A DNA stretch of 24,000 nt from an uncultured Alphaproteobacteria bacterium (GTDB lineage Bacteria; Pseudomonadota; Alphaproteobacteria; RF32; CAG-239), in NCBI GenBank assembly GCA_946629975.1, contig CAMOYJ010000008.1:21043-45042 (forward strand). Reading direction: 5' to 3'. The notes beneath the pieces were generated by a model. It worked only from the letters and a program-made list of their open reading frames with translations, was not told where the DNA came from and did no database searches. The number at the start of each line of letters is the position of its first letter. The stretch's first letter is position 1. The position numbers were made by a program, and so were the translations under genes. Below are positions 1 through 8,186 of this stretch, piece by piece.

Positions 1-780
1 CGAATCAGTCAATACATGGTTTTTGATAATAAATTGCTCGCGCTCGCTAAGCTCGCCCAAACAACTGAGCAAAATTTTGCGGCGCATTAAAGCTTCTTCT
101 TTGTTTGCAAGTTTGCCCTCTATATTTTCTCTTGAATCGGTGAGCATATCAATGCCTTCTTTTTGTTCGTCATCATCGCCATATATCGGTGTGTTGAGCG
201 ATTTATCCCCCCCGATACGTCTGTTCATTTCAATAACGTCTTTTTCATCAACAACGAGTTCGTGTGCAATTTGTTTGACTTCATTCGGCTCCAATTCCCT
301 GTTTTCATAAATACCCAAGCGAGCTTTCAGCCTCCCGAGGTTATAAAACAGTTTCTTTTGCGCCGCAACGGTGCCGATTTTCACAAGCGACCACGAACGC
401 AAAATATAATCATGAATTGCAGCCTTAATCCACCAAAGCGCATAAGTTGCCAAACGAACTTTCTTGTTCGGATCAAACTTTTTGACCGCCTGCATCAAAC
501 CGATATTTGCTTCCGAGATCATATCCTGCATCGGCAGACCATAGCGTTTATATGTCAAAGCAATTTTTGCCGCCAACCTTAAATGCGAGGTAATCAGTTT
601 TTGAGCAGCCTCCAAATTGCCGTTATTCACAAAATCATTGATGAGCGCATTTTCTTCTTCTTCCGTCAAAACCGGAAATTTTTTGATTTGTTCCAAATAA
701 GCAGCAAGCCCGTTATCTTCAATAACAACGGGGAGATTTCTTTGATTGTTGACAACAACTAAGCTTTTATTCTCACTCAT
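1..780 (-). CDS. rpoH: RNA polymerase sigma-32 (heat-shock sigma factor RpoH), N-terminal 260 codons; the C-terminus lies beyond the window start
   Basis: Absent from the ORF track because it runs off the edge. My reverse-strand translation from ATG (780..778) reads MSENKSLVVVNNQRNLPVVIEDNGLAAYLEQIKKFPVLTEEEENALINDFVNNGNLEAAQKLITSHLRLAAKIALTYKRY... and later ...AIHDYILRSWSLVKIGTVAAQKKLFYNLGRLKARLGIYEN. It stays open in frame to position 1. The sigma70 region 2 motifs and the RpoH-box-like QKKLFYNL are typical of sigma-32. Confidence 0.88.
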   Translation of the reverse strand, partial: MSENKSLVVVNNQRNLPVVIEDNGLAAYLEQIKKFPVLTEEEENALINDFVNNGNLEAAQKLITSHLRLAAKIALTYKRYGLPMQDMISEANIGLMQAVKKFDPNKKVRLATYALWWIKAAIHDYILRSWSLVKIGTVAAQKKLFYNLGRLKARLGIYENRELEPNEVKQIAHELVVDEKDVIEMNRRIGGDKSLNTPIYGDDDEQKEGIDMLTDSRENIEGKLANKEEALMRRKILLSCLGELSEREQFIIKNHVLTDS

Positions 781-789
781 ATTCTACTT

Positions 790-1281
790 TCATGGATAAA
801 TAAAAGAGAGCGCATCATAATCTGAATTTTTTTCATCTAAGTTGATAATATACCCCTTAAAGTTGTCAAGATAAGGATGCGCAATAACATAAATCGCTTT
901 TCCCTTTTTGACATCTTGCTTACAAAGAATAATATCTTCTTCTTTGATGCGTTCATTAATTTTGATTGAAATTAAAGCATTTGCCGTGGCATAATCTGTT
1001 TCAGGCATAAAACCTATGGCTGATACTGCTTGAAAATCGTGCAATTTTTTTAATTTCAGCACTTTTTCGCGTTTTGCCATCGTTGAATCTGCCGGGCTTT
1101 TCTCAAAAAAATTGTTCACCGTTTCCCTAATTTTTCTTTCAAAATCTTTGTCTGAGCATTCCGGCTTTTGAATTGTTTCAACCCGCCCGAGTTCTTCCTT
1201 TTGTGTTGTAAAAGAATCACTCTGCGCATTTGCTTCAAACGCACAAACAAAAAACAATGCGAACAACCAAAATGCTCTCAA
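790..1281 (-). CDS. Hypothetical secreted protein (163 aa), no family recognised
   Basis: ORF track entry. The N-terminus MRAFWLFALFFVCAFEANA/Q looks like a Sec signal peptide. It is co-directional with asnS (11 nt upstream gap) and rpoH (9 nt downstream gap). Confidence 0.6.
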   Translation of the reverse strand: MRAFWLFALFFVCAFEANAQSDSFTTQKEELGRVETIQKPECSDKDFERKIRETVNNFFEKSPADSTMAKREKVLKLKKLHDFQAVSAIGFMPETDYATANALISIKINERIKEEDIILCKQDVKKGKAIYVIAHPYLDNFKGYIINLDEKNSDYDALSFIYP

Positions 1282-1292
1282 ATCATTTCTCC

Positions 1293-2681
1293 TTAAAAAT
1301 TGACCGACTTCGGCGTTCTCGGGAAAGGTATCACATCACGAATATTTGAAATACCGGTGATGAGCATCATCATCCGCTCAAAGCCTAAGCCGAATCCCGC
1401 GTGTGGAACAGAACCGTATTTGCGCGAATCCAAATACCATTCATAATCTTCAATGCGCATACCAAGCTCTTTAATGCGTGAGGTCAAAACATCATACCTT
1501 TCTTCGCGTTGAGATCCGCCGATGAGTTCTCCAATTCTCGGCACCAAAACATCCATTGCCGCAACGGTTTTTCCGTCATCATTCAAGCGCATATAAAATG
1601 CCTTAATTTCTTTTGGATAGTTATACACGATAACAGGCTTTTTAAAATAAACTTCCGCCAAAAAGCGCTCGTGTTCCGTTTGCATATCAATGCCGTATTC
1701 CGGCGCATATTCAAATTTTTTGCCTGATTTTTTCATCAGTTCAATAGCCTCTTCGTAGCTTACTCTTGCAAAATCATTGTGTGCAATATTTTCAAGCGTT
1801 TGCTTTAAGGTCGGATCAACAAATTTTTCAAACAGCTCCAAATCATCTGCGCAATGGTCCATCACGTGTTTTACACAAAAGCGCACCATATCTTCAGCCA
1901 CCTGCATATCATCATGCAAATCTGCAAAAGCCATCTCAGGCTCAATCATCCAAAATTCGGCTGCATGGCGCGGTGTGTTTGAGTTTTCGGCTCTAAATGT
2001 CGGTCCGAAGGTATAAATATCGCCCAATGCACAAGCATACATTTCACCGTTTAATTGTCCCGAAACGGTCAAATGTGCTTCTTTTCCAAAAAAATCTTCC
2101 GCATAATTAATTTTTCCGTCTTTTGTTTTCGGCGTGTTTTTTAAGTCAAGCGTTGTCACCTGAAACATCTCCCCAGCACCTTCACAGTCCGAACCTGTAA
2201 TAATCGGCGTATGCACATACCTAAAGCCTCTGTCATGGAAAAATTGATGAATGGCATATGATAGTTCCGAGCGAATCCTAAAAGCGGCGCCATATTTGTT
2301 TGTGCGCGGCCTTAAATGCGCAATTGTGCGCAAATATTCATCCGTCATTTTCTTTTTTTGTAGCGGATAATCATCAGGAGCAATGCTATATATTTCAATT
2401 TTGTCAGCCTTAATTTCAAATTTTTGGCTTCCGCCCTGCGATTCAACCAAAGCTCCTTCCACAGCAACCGATGAACCTGTGGATAATTTTTTAATATCCT
2501 CATAATTATTTAAGCTGTTAACCGCAATCACCTGCATATTTTTGAGGCTTGAACCATCGTTTATTTCCACAAAAGAAAAATCTTTTGCATCTCTTCTTGT
2601 TTTGACCCAGCCTTTGATCAAAACTTTGTCTTTGGCTGTATCCGAGCTCAATAAATCTGTGATTTTTGAACGTTTTAACAT
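1293..2681 (-). CDS. asnS: Asparagine--tRNA ligase (class IIb aaRS)
   Basis: The 462-aa ORF contains [24 protein letters not shown] and the C-terminal [34 protein letters not shown]. These are AsnRS hallmark motifs, and the length fits. Confidence 0.93.
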   Translation of the reverse strand: MLKRSKITDLLSSDTAKDKVLIKGWVKTRRDAKDFSFVEINDGSSLKNMQVIAVNSLNNYEDIKKLSTGSSVAVEGALVESQGGSQKFEIKADKIEIYSIAPDDYPLQKKKMTDEYLRTIAHLRPRTNKYGAAFRIRSELSYAIHQFFHDRGFRYVHTPIITGSDCEGAGEMFQVTTLDLKNTPKTKDGKINYAEDFFGKEAHLTVSGQLNGEMYACALGDIYTFGPTFRAENSNTPRHAAEFWMIEPEMAFADLHDDMQVAEDMVRFCVKHVMDHCADDLELFEKFVDPTLKQTLENIAHNDFARVSYEEAIELMKKSGKKFEYAPEYGIDMQTEHERFLAEVYFKKPVIVYNYPKEIKAFYMRLNDDGKTVAAMDVLVPRIGELIGGSQREERYDVLTSRIKELGMRIEDYEWYLDSRKYGSVPHAGFGLGFERMMMLITGISNIRDVIPFPRTPKSVNF

Positions 2682-2760
2682 GTCTTAAATATTCCTTTTC
2701 CGTTATTTTTTTGTTTTAAACTTTATGCACTATACATCAACAATTTTTAATTGTCCATAA

Positions 2761-2789
2761 TTGACAACAAAAAAATATTTATATATGAT
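2761..2789 (+). promoter_or_regulatory. Sigma70-type promoter candidate for the lipoprotein gene: TTGACA-N17-TATGAT
   Basis: TTGACA at 2761..2766, a 17-nt spacer and TATGAT at 2784..2789. AGGAG (2814..2818) then precedes ATG 2829. Confidence 0.5.
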
Positions 2790-2828
2790 GAGTCATCTTT
2801 CTTAATTTCGCAATAGGAGTTTTTATCT

Positions 2829-3275
2829 ATGAAAAAAACATTGTCTCTTTTAGGTGTTGCCGCGCTTTTAACAGCTTGCCAGGCAGATATCGGGTCCAAC
2901 CAATACGGCACAAGTTCAGTCGGTCGTGCAGCTGCAGCCAGCCCTTGCTCTGTAATCAGTGTGCGCCAAGTCAGCGTTAAATCAGATAACAATCTCGGCG
3001 CTGTTGCAGGCGCTGTAGCAGGCGGTGTCGGTGGCTACGGAATCGGTAGCGGCAAAACGGCGCACAATTTAGGTGCAGTCGGCGGTGCGCTTTTAGGTGG
3101 TTATGTCGGAGACAAAGCTCAAGGTGCTTTGTCGCATCAGGCCGGCTATGAATATGTTGTTCAACTTGATAACGGTCAGGTCATGACCTTAACGCAAGGC
3201 ACAGATGTTTTGCTCTCACCGGGGCAAAGATGCATGATCTTGCTTGGAAATCCGTCTCGTTTGATTGGATATTAA
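2829..3275 (+). CDS. slyB: Glycine-zipper outer-membrane lipoprotein, SlyB/PCP/17-kDa-antigen-like
   Basis: It has a signal peptide with lipobox LLTAC. The central Gly-zipper is LGAVAGAVAGGVGGYGIGSG...LGAVGGALLGGYVG. The C-terminal ...LSPGQRCMILLG parallels the E. coli SlyB layout (SPGQRV). Confidence 0.75.
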   Translation: MKKTLSLLGVAALLTACQADIGSNQYGTSSVGRAAAASPCSVISVRQVSVKSDNNLGAVAGAVAGGVGGYGIGSGKTAHNLGAVGGALLGGYVGDKAQGALSHQAGYEYVVQLDNGQVMTLTQGTDVLLSPGQRCMILLGNPSRLIGY

Positions 3276-3295
3276 TTTTCTGATTTTTGTTTTTC

Positions 3296-3327
3296 AAGCC
3301 TCTTTGCTCTGCCAAGAGGCTTTTTTT
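3296..3327 (+). terminator. Rho-independent terminator after the lipoprotein gene
   Basis: A 9-bp stem pairs aagcctctt (3296..3304) with aagaggctt (3314..3322), with a 9-nt loop. The T-run is 3321..3327. Confidence 0.7.
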
Positions 3328-3494
3328 CATGCAAATCTTTCATTTTTTGCTTGAAGAATCAAAAATATCGGTATAAATTGACGCCAACTTGAAAAAGTTT
3401 TTATTTGAATTGGCTTTAAAACGTGCCTTTTTAAGGTGCGGATTTAAGGCTGTGTGTTTAACTTATAACTTGCTACAAAGGAGCAATAATCACC

Positions 3495-6149
3495 ATGAGT
3501 AAATGGGTTTATAAATTTGGTAATGGCAGTGCCGAAGGCGACGCTTCCATGCGCAATCTTTTGGGTGGCAAAGGTGCGAACTTGGCTGAAATGAACAAAG
3601 TCGGCCTTCCCGTTCCTCCCGGATTTACCGTCACAACAGAGGTGTGCACATACTACTATGCTAACAACAACACATATCCGGCAGATTTGAAAGATCAAGT
3701 CCGCGAAGCTGTGAAATATGTTGAAGGCATTATGGGCAAAAAATTTGCCGACGCTGAAAATCCGCTTTTGTTCTCGGTTCGTTCAGGTGCTCGTGTTTCT
3801 ATGCCTGGCATGATGGACACGGTTTTGAACCTCGGTTTAAACGACGAAACAGTTAAAGCTTTGGCAAAAGCATCCGGCAGTGAAAGATTTGCTTATGATT
3901 CTTATCGTCGTTTCCTTCAAATGTTCTCAGACGTTGTTTTAGGCGCTGACTTAGATTTGTATGAAGAAGCTTTAGAAAACATGAAAAAATCAAAGGGCTA
4001 CAAGTCTGATACAGATTTGACAGCCGATGATTTGAAAGAACTTGTCCGTCAATATAAAGAAATCGGTCAAAAAATCGGCAAAGTGGTTCCGCAAGATCCT
4101 TGGGAACAACTTTGGGCAGGTATTGGCGCTGTGTTTGGTTCTTGGATGTCTGCACGTGCTATCACATACCGCAAATTAAACAATATTCCTGGTGACTGGG
4201 GCACAGCCGTTAACGTTCAAACCATGGTGTTCGGTAACGCCGGCGATGACTGCGCAACAGGTGTTTGCTTCTCTCGTGACCCTGCAACCGGTGAAAACAG
4301 ATATTATGGTGAATACCTCGTCAACGCACAAGGCGAAGACGTTGTTGCCGGTATCCGCACACCGCAACCGATGGGCTCAATCGGTGATGGCACATCACTC
4401 GAAGAAAGATGGCCTCACCTCTATAAAGAGCTCGTTGATGCACGTAACAATTTGGAAGCTCACTACAAAGACATGCAAGATATGGAATTCACCATTGAGC
4501 ATGGCAAACTTTGGATGCTTCAATGCCGTAACGGCAAGCGCACAGCAGCTGCTGCCGTTCGTATGGCCGTTGAAATGGTTGAAGAAGGTTTGCTCAATCA
4601 TGAAGAAGCCATCATGCGTGTTGGTGCTGACCAATTAGACCAATTATTGCACCCGATGCTTGATCCGAAAGCCAAGAAAAACGTTATTGCAACTGGCTTG
4701 CCGGCATCTCCTGGTGCTGCTGTCGGCCGTGCTGTTTTCAGCGCAGAAGATGCTGAAGCTTGGGCTTCTAAAGGTGAAAAAGTTATCTTGATTCGCAACG
4801 AAACATCTCCTGAAGATATCGGCGGTATGCACGCTTCTCAAGGCGTGATTACAGCTCGCGGTGGTATGACATCTCACGCAGCTGTTGTGGCTCGCGGTAT
4901 GGGTACCCCTTGCGTTTCGGGCTCAACGGACATCACCATTGATGTTAAAGCCAAAACAATGAAAACAAAAGCCGGCGTTCAAATCAACGAAGGTGATTGG
5001 GTATCATTAGACGGCGCTAAAGGTCAGATCATTGAGGGTCAAATCCCAACTGTTCAAGCTGATACAAATTCAGGCAACTTCGGCAAACTCATGGGCTGGG
5101 TTGATCAAATCCGCACAATGAAAGTTCGCGCAAATGCCGAAACACCGAAAGATGCCGCACAAGCTTTGGCATTTGGTGCACAAGGCATCGGTTTGGCCAG
5201 AACAGAACATATGTTCTTTGATGCAAACAGAATTGCTGATATGCGTGCCATGATTTTGGCTGACAACGAAGCCGGACGCCGTGAGGCTTTGGCTCGTCTG
5301 CTTCCATATCAAAAGCAAGACTTCAAAGATTTGTTCAAAATCATGAACGGCTTGCCGGTCACAATTCGTTTGCTTGACCCACCGCTTCATGAATTCTTGC
5401 CGCATACAGATCCTGAAATGCAAGAACTTGCTGACAAACTCGGCAAAACTTTGGCAGAAGTCAAAGCTCGTGCAAATGCTTTGCATGAATTGAACCCGAT
5501 GCTCGGTCATCGTGGTTGCCGTTTGCCGATTACATATCCTGAAATTGCCGAGATGCAAGCTCGTGCTATTTTAGAGGCTGCCATTGAATCTGAACAGGAA
5601 GGCATCAAAGTTATTCCTGAAATCGAAGTTCCTTTAACAGGTTCTAAGAAAGAATTGGATATTGTGAAAGCAATTATCGATACAACAGCTGAAAAGGTCT
5701 TTGCTGAAAAAGGCAAAAAGGTTGATTACATCGTCGGTACGATGATTGAATTGCCTCGTGCTGCCTTGATGGCTGAAGAACTCGCTCAAAGCGCTGCATT
5801 CTTCGGTTTCGGCACAAACGACTTAACACAAACAACACTCGGTATGAGCCGTGATGATACAGGCGCAATTTTGGATGAATACCGTGCTCGCGGCATCTAT
5901 GTGGCAGATCCGTTTGCCTCAATTGATACTGAGGGTGTCGGCAAACTCGTCAAACGCGCTTGCGTTGAGGGCAGAAAGGTCAATCCTGACATTCATCTCG
6001 GCGTTTGCGGCGAACATGGTGGTGATCCGAAATCTATCGAATTCTTCCAAGAATGCGGTTTAGATTATGTTTCTTGCTCACCATTTAGAGTGCCGGTTGC
6101 TCGTTTGGCAGCTGCTCAAGCCGCTGTTAAGGCAAAAGCCAAGAAGTAG
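3495..6149 (+). CDS. ppdK: Pyruvate, phosphate dikinase
   Basis: The 884-aa ORF starts MSKWVYKFG...GGKGANLAEM. It carries the phospho-histidine motif GGMTSHAAVVARGMG and the C-terminal PEP-utilising TIM barrel motifs (GTNDLTQ, CGEHGGDP). AAGGAG precedes the ATG. Confidence 0.95.
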   Translation: MSKWVYKFGNGSAEGDASMRNLLGGKGANLAEMNKVGLPVPPGFTVTTEVCTYYYANNNTYPADLKDQVREAVKYVEGIMGKKFADAENPLLFSVRSGARVSMPGMMDTVLNLGLNDETVKALAKASGSERFAYDSYRRFLQMFSDVVLGADLDLYEEALENMKKSKGYKSDTDLTADDLKELVRQYKEIGQKIGKVVPQDPWEQLWAGIGAVFGSWMSARAITYRKLNNIPGDWGTAVNVQTMVFGNAGDDCATGVCFSRDPATGENRYYGEYLVNAQGEDVVAGIRTPQPMGSIGDGTSLEERWPHLYKELVDARNNLEAHYKDMQDMEFTIEHGKLWMLQCRNGKRTAAAAVRMAVEMVEEGLLNHEEAIMRVGADQLDQLLHPMLDPKAKKNVIATGLPASPGAAVGRAVFSAEDAEAWASKGEKVILIRNETSPEDIGGMHASQGVITARGGMTSHAAVVARGMGTPCVSGSTDITIDVKAKTMKTKAGVQINEGDWVSLDGAKGQIIEGQIPTVQADTNSGNFGKLMGWVDQIRTMKVRANAETPKDAAQALAFGAQGIGLARTEHMFFDANRIADMRAMILADNEAGRREALARLLPYQKQDFKDLFKIMNGLPVTIRLLDPPLHEFLPHTDPEMQELADKLGKTLAEVKARANALHELNPMLGHRGCRLPITYPEIAEMQARAILEAAIESEQEGIKVIPEIEVPLTGSKKELDIVKAIIDTTAEKVFAEKGKKVDYIVGTMIELPRAALMAEELAQSAAFFGFGTNDLTQTTLGMSRDDTGAILDEYRARGIYVADPFASIDTEGVGKLVKRACVEGRKVNPDIHLGVCGEHGGDPKSIEFFQECGLDYVSCSPFRVPVARLAAAQAAVKAKAKK

Positions 6150-6186
6150 TTGTCATTCTCGGACTATCCCGGAGAATACAAACAAC

Positions 6187-6216
6187 AAAAACCCCGTCTT
6201 TTATGGCGGGGTTTTT
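6187..6216. terminator. Bidirectional rho-independent terminator (ppdK on +, small ORF on -)
   Basis: The stem pairs accccgtc (6191..6198) with ggcggggt (6205..6212), loop ttttat. It is flanked by an A-run (6187..6190) and a T-run (6212..6216). Confidence 0.75.
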
Positions 6217-6230
6217 AGCATTCTTAAAGC

Positions 6231-6470
6231 CTAGCTAAAACGCTTAGCAAGCTCTGAGAGAAAACTTTTGAGGTCGTTGCTCATTTCCGAGCTGATGGTC
6301 GGTCGCTTGATGATTTCGTTGATGATCACCTTGTTTGGCAACACATCGGGGGTCACATCTTTGCGCGTCTCGTAGCCTGTGCCCTGTTTGTTGGCATAGA
6401 ACCTCGTCTTGTCGCCTTCTTGCTCTATTGAGTAGTAGACGTCATCTTTTAATGCAATAAACTTGCGCAT
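6231..6470 (-). CDS. Hypothetical small protein (79 aa), no family recognised
   Basis: ORF track only. No convincing SD lies upstream of the ATG. The terminator at 6187..6216 lies downstream of it on the minus strand. Coding status is uncertain. Confidence 0.35.
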   Translation of the reverse strand: MRKFIALKDDVYYSIEQEGDKTRFYANKQGTGYETRKDVTPDVLPNKVIINEIIKRPTISSEMSNDLKSFLSELAKRFS

Positions 6471-6604
6471 AATAGTTTTGTGTTATAATGGTTTGACATA
6501 AGTTTATCTGATTGCTTTTTTCCTATCATAAATAAATCTGTTTGACAACTGTTTTTTTTTCGTGCTATCTTATCAGAAGAATTAATTTTTTTATGAGGTC
6601 TCAC

Positions 6605-7129
6605 ATGCTCGGACGTTATACCTACACCTTAAGCACCTTAACCCCAGGTGAAGAAATCGCTCTTGTCGGTCGTTTGCACTATTTTGCGCTTATCATTCCT
6701 CTTTGCCTGACCGGTTTGACTTTTTCATTGTTTTTGGTTGCTATTGCTTTTACCTTCCAGCTCAAAGGCGGTAACATTTTTAATCATATGGAGATTTTGG
6801 GGCTTTGGCTTTTTGTTCTTGCACTCTTTTGCTGCACGCTGGCTGCTTGGCTCAAACGTAATTTGATTGAAATGGTTTGTACAAACAAACGTGTTGTAAA
6901 GCGTACCGGCATCATCAATGTCACAACGGAAGAACTCAACCGCGAGCGAATCGAATCGGTTGAAATGCGCCAAAGCATTTTTGGTCGTTTGTTTAATTAT
7001 GGTGACATTTTATTTTCCGGCACTGGCACTTCAAAACTCGTTTTTAAGTTTATCAATCAGCCGAAACTTATGAAACGTATCATTGATGCTGTTGTGACCT
7101 CTCCGAACGAACAGCCTCATGCACATTAA
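6605..7129 (+). CDS. Membrane protein with bacterial PH domain (bPH_2 / YdbS-like, DUF304-type)
   Basis: Two hydrophobic helices are followed by NKRVVKRTGIINVTTEELNRERIESVEMRQSIFGRLFNYGDILFSGTG, the bPH_2 pattern. The track ORF starts at TTG 6542. I prefer ATG 6605 (MLGRYTY) because GAGG at 6595..6598 sits 6 nt upstream; ATG 6593 is an alternative. Confidence 0.7.
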   Translation: MLGRYTYTLSTLTPGEEIALVGRLHYFALIIPLCLTGLTFSLFLVAIAFTFQLKGGNIFNHMEILGLWLFVLALFCCTLAAWLKRNLIEMVCTNKRVVKRTGIINVTTEELNRERIESVEMRQSIFGRLFNYGDILFSGTGTSKLVFKFINQPKLMKRIIDAVVTSPNEQPHAH

Positions 7130-7130
7130 A

Positions 7131-7162
7131 AAAAACGCCGCCTTTAAGGCGGTATTTTTTTA
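7131..7162. terminator. Bidirectional rho-independent terminator between convergent genes
   Basis: The stem pairs gccgcc (7137..7142) with ggcggt (7148..7153), loop tttaa. An A-run lies at 7131..7135 and a T-run at 7155..7161. It abuts both stop codons. Confidence 0.7.
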
Positions 7163-7894
7163 TTTTGCCTCTGGATGTTTTTGTACATAAGCATAAATCT
7201 TATCAACATCCCAATTCACATTTCTTTTCACTATTTTTGCCGGATTCCCTGCAATCACGCAATTTGTTTCTAAAAAACTTTTAGTCACAACACTTCCCAT
7301 CCCTATAATATTGTTTTCAGCGATTGTTATACCTTTGCAAATCTTTACTCCATTTCCAATCCAAACATGATCTTTAATTATGATTGGTTTTGGGCGATTT
7401 GTGATATCACTAGCATTATCGAGTATTGTATGATAATCTGCTCCCATAAATTCCGTGTCCCAAGAAATTGCACAATCTTTTCCTATAATTACTTTTGCAT
7501 TATCATCCCAACATGCTATCAAAGAACGCACAGTATAAGAACTTCTATCTATTTCAAAATAACAATTAGAAGCAAATTCACATGAGGCACCATTTTTTAC
7601 AATAGCAACTGAGTTATCACCATAAAACACTGAAGATATATGTGTAATTTTATCTATATCCTCATTAATTTTTAATGTGTTGTTTTTTCCTTTAAATATA
7701 GCATTAATCCCTTTAATTTTATGTTTAACGGGTTTTTCTCTCCCATCAGGCAAAACAAGCAAAACCTGGTTGCCATTTTTATAGCTTATATAAAGATGTT
7801 TATATCTAAACTTTCTTCTCTTCTTTTTTGATAAAATAAAGCAAGCTGCCAACTTGATAAATCTGTTTTTCCATTCGTTTGTCATTTTATCCAT
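7160..7894 (-). CDS. Hexapeptide-repeat (left-handed beta-helix) acyl/acetyltransferase, polysaccharide O-acetyltransferase-like
   Basis: The C-terminal IKDHVWIGNGVKICKGITIAENNIIGMGSVVTKSFLETNCVIAGNPAKIV is a classic LbH isoleucine-patch. The basic N-terminal ILSKKKRRKFRYK is common in capsule/LOS-locus transferases. The SD-like GGATGGA overlaps the first ATG, so the second ATG (7885..7883) may be the real start. Confidence 0.8.
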   Translation of the reverse strand: MDKMTNEWKNRFIKLAACFILSKKKRRKFRYKHLYISYKNGNQVLLVLPDGREKPVKHKIKGINAIFKGKNNTLKINEDIDKITHISSVFYGDNSVAIVKNGASCEFASNCYFEIDRSSYTVRSLIACWDDNAKVIIGKDCAISWDTEFMGADYHTILDNASDITNRPKPIIIKDHVWIGNGVKICKGITIAENNIIGMGSVVTKSFLETNCVIAGNPAKIVKRNVNWDVDKIYAYVQKHPEAK

Positions 7895-7908
7895 CCTTGT
7901 TTTAAGTT

Positions 7909-8121
7909 AAAAACAAAACCCACTTTCATTTGAAAGCGGGCGGATGTTCGAAAACCGTTAGCAAAAGTAAAATACCGGCTCGGCTTATTTGGCGTTGCCT
8001 TATTGAGCCGACATCCGCCCAAAAGGCAGAAGCCGGCATAATATATTAAAGTCGCTTATGCACATTGCGACCACTTTTGCTAAAAGGGTTTCGACGCCCT
8101 AAATACGATTTCTCGTATCTG
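7909..8121 (-). ncRNA. Unclassified structured RNA: either a stand-alone sRNA or a terminator-containing 5' leader (attenuator/riboswitch candidate) of the acyltransferase gene
   Basis: The region has no ORF of 60 aa or more. On the minus strand there are five elements. (1) A GAAA-tetraloop hairpin at 8103..8118. (2) A hairpin 8051..8055/8067..8071. (3) A hairpin 7976..7981/8005..8010. (4) A perfect 10-bp helix 7938..7947/8011..8020. (5) A ~20-bp imperfect helix 7948..7968/8073..8094. A terminator hairpin follows (7919..7927/7932..7940, followed by UUUUGUUUUU on the minus strand, rc of 7909..7918). The terminator has a G.U pair on the minus strand but an A.C mismatch on the plus strand, which supports the minus orientation. 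Confidence 0.45.
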
Positions 8122-8127
8122 TTTTCA

Positions 8128-8156
8128 AGACTAGGCGTAAATTTTAAAAATGTCAA
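8128..8156 (-). promoter_or_regulatory. Sigma70-type promoter candidate for the structured RNA: TTGACA-N17-TAGTCT (minus strand)
   Basis: The reverse complement of 8151..8156 is TTGACA. The spacer 8134..8150 is 17 nt. The reverse complement of 8128..8133 is TAGTCT. Confidence 0.4.
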
Positions 8157-8159
8157 ACA

Positions 8160-8186
8160 AAAACCTGCATTCAAGCAGGCTTTTTA
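8160..8186. terminator. Short bidirectional terminator-like hairpin downstream of mlaC
   Basis: cctgc (8164..8168) pairs with gcagg (8175..8179), loop attcaa. It is flanked by an A-run and a T-run. The stem is only 5 bp. Confidence 0.45.

Noticed and set aside
2747-2992. An 81-aa minus-strand ORF overlapping the start of the SlyB-like lipoprotein gene and its promoter.
   Set aside because: It is antisense to a gene with a clear promoter, SD, lipobox and Gly-zipper, and it has no features of its own.
3853-6063. Many ORFs of 60-162 aa on both strands inside ppdK (e.g. 3853..4155 -, 4192..4638 +, 5070..5558 -, 5674..5922 -).
   Set aside because: All are alternative-frame or antisense ORFs within a very well-supported 884-aa PPDK gene. 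Their translations are low-complexity or Cys/Arg-rich with no motifs or start signals.
8011-8020. An ops/JUMPstart-like element (GGCGGATGT on the minus strand vs the ops core GGCGGTAG) upstream of a polysaccharide-modifying gene.
   Set aside because: Two core positions differ. The ops/RfaH system is essentially gammaproteobacterial. The sequence is better explained as one strand of a perfect 10-bp helix.
7930-8040. Possible RNase P RNA. GAAAGCGGGC (7932..7941) and CAGAAGCCGGCA (8028..8039) vaguely resemble the CR-I (GGAAAGUCCGGGC) and CR-V (ACAGAACCCGGCUUA) motifs.
   Set aside because: The two motifs are only ~90 nt apart, whereas bacterial RNase P RNA needs a ~330-400 nt body including the specificity domain. 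The P4 pairing also does not work with these sequences.
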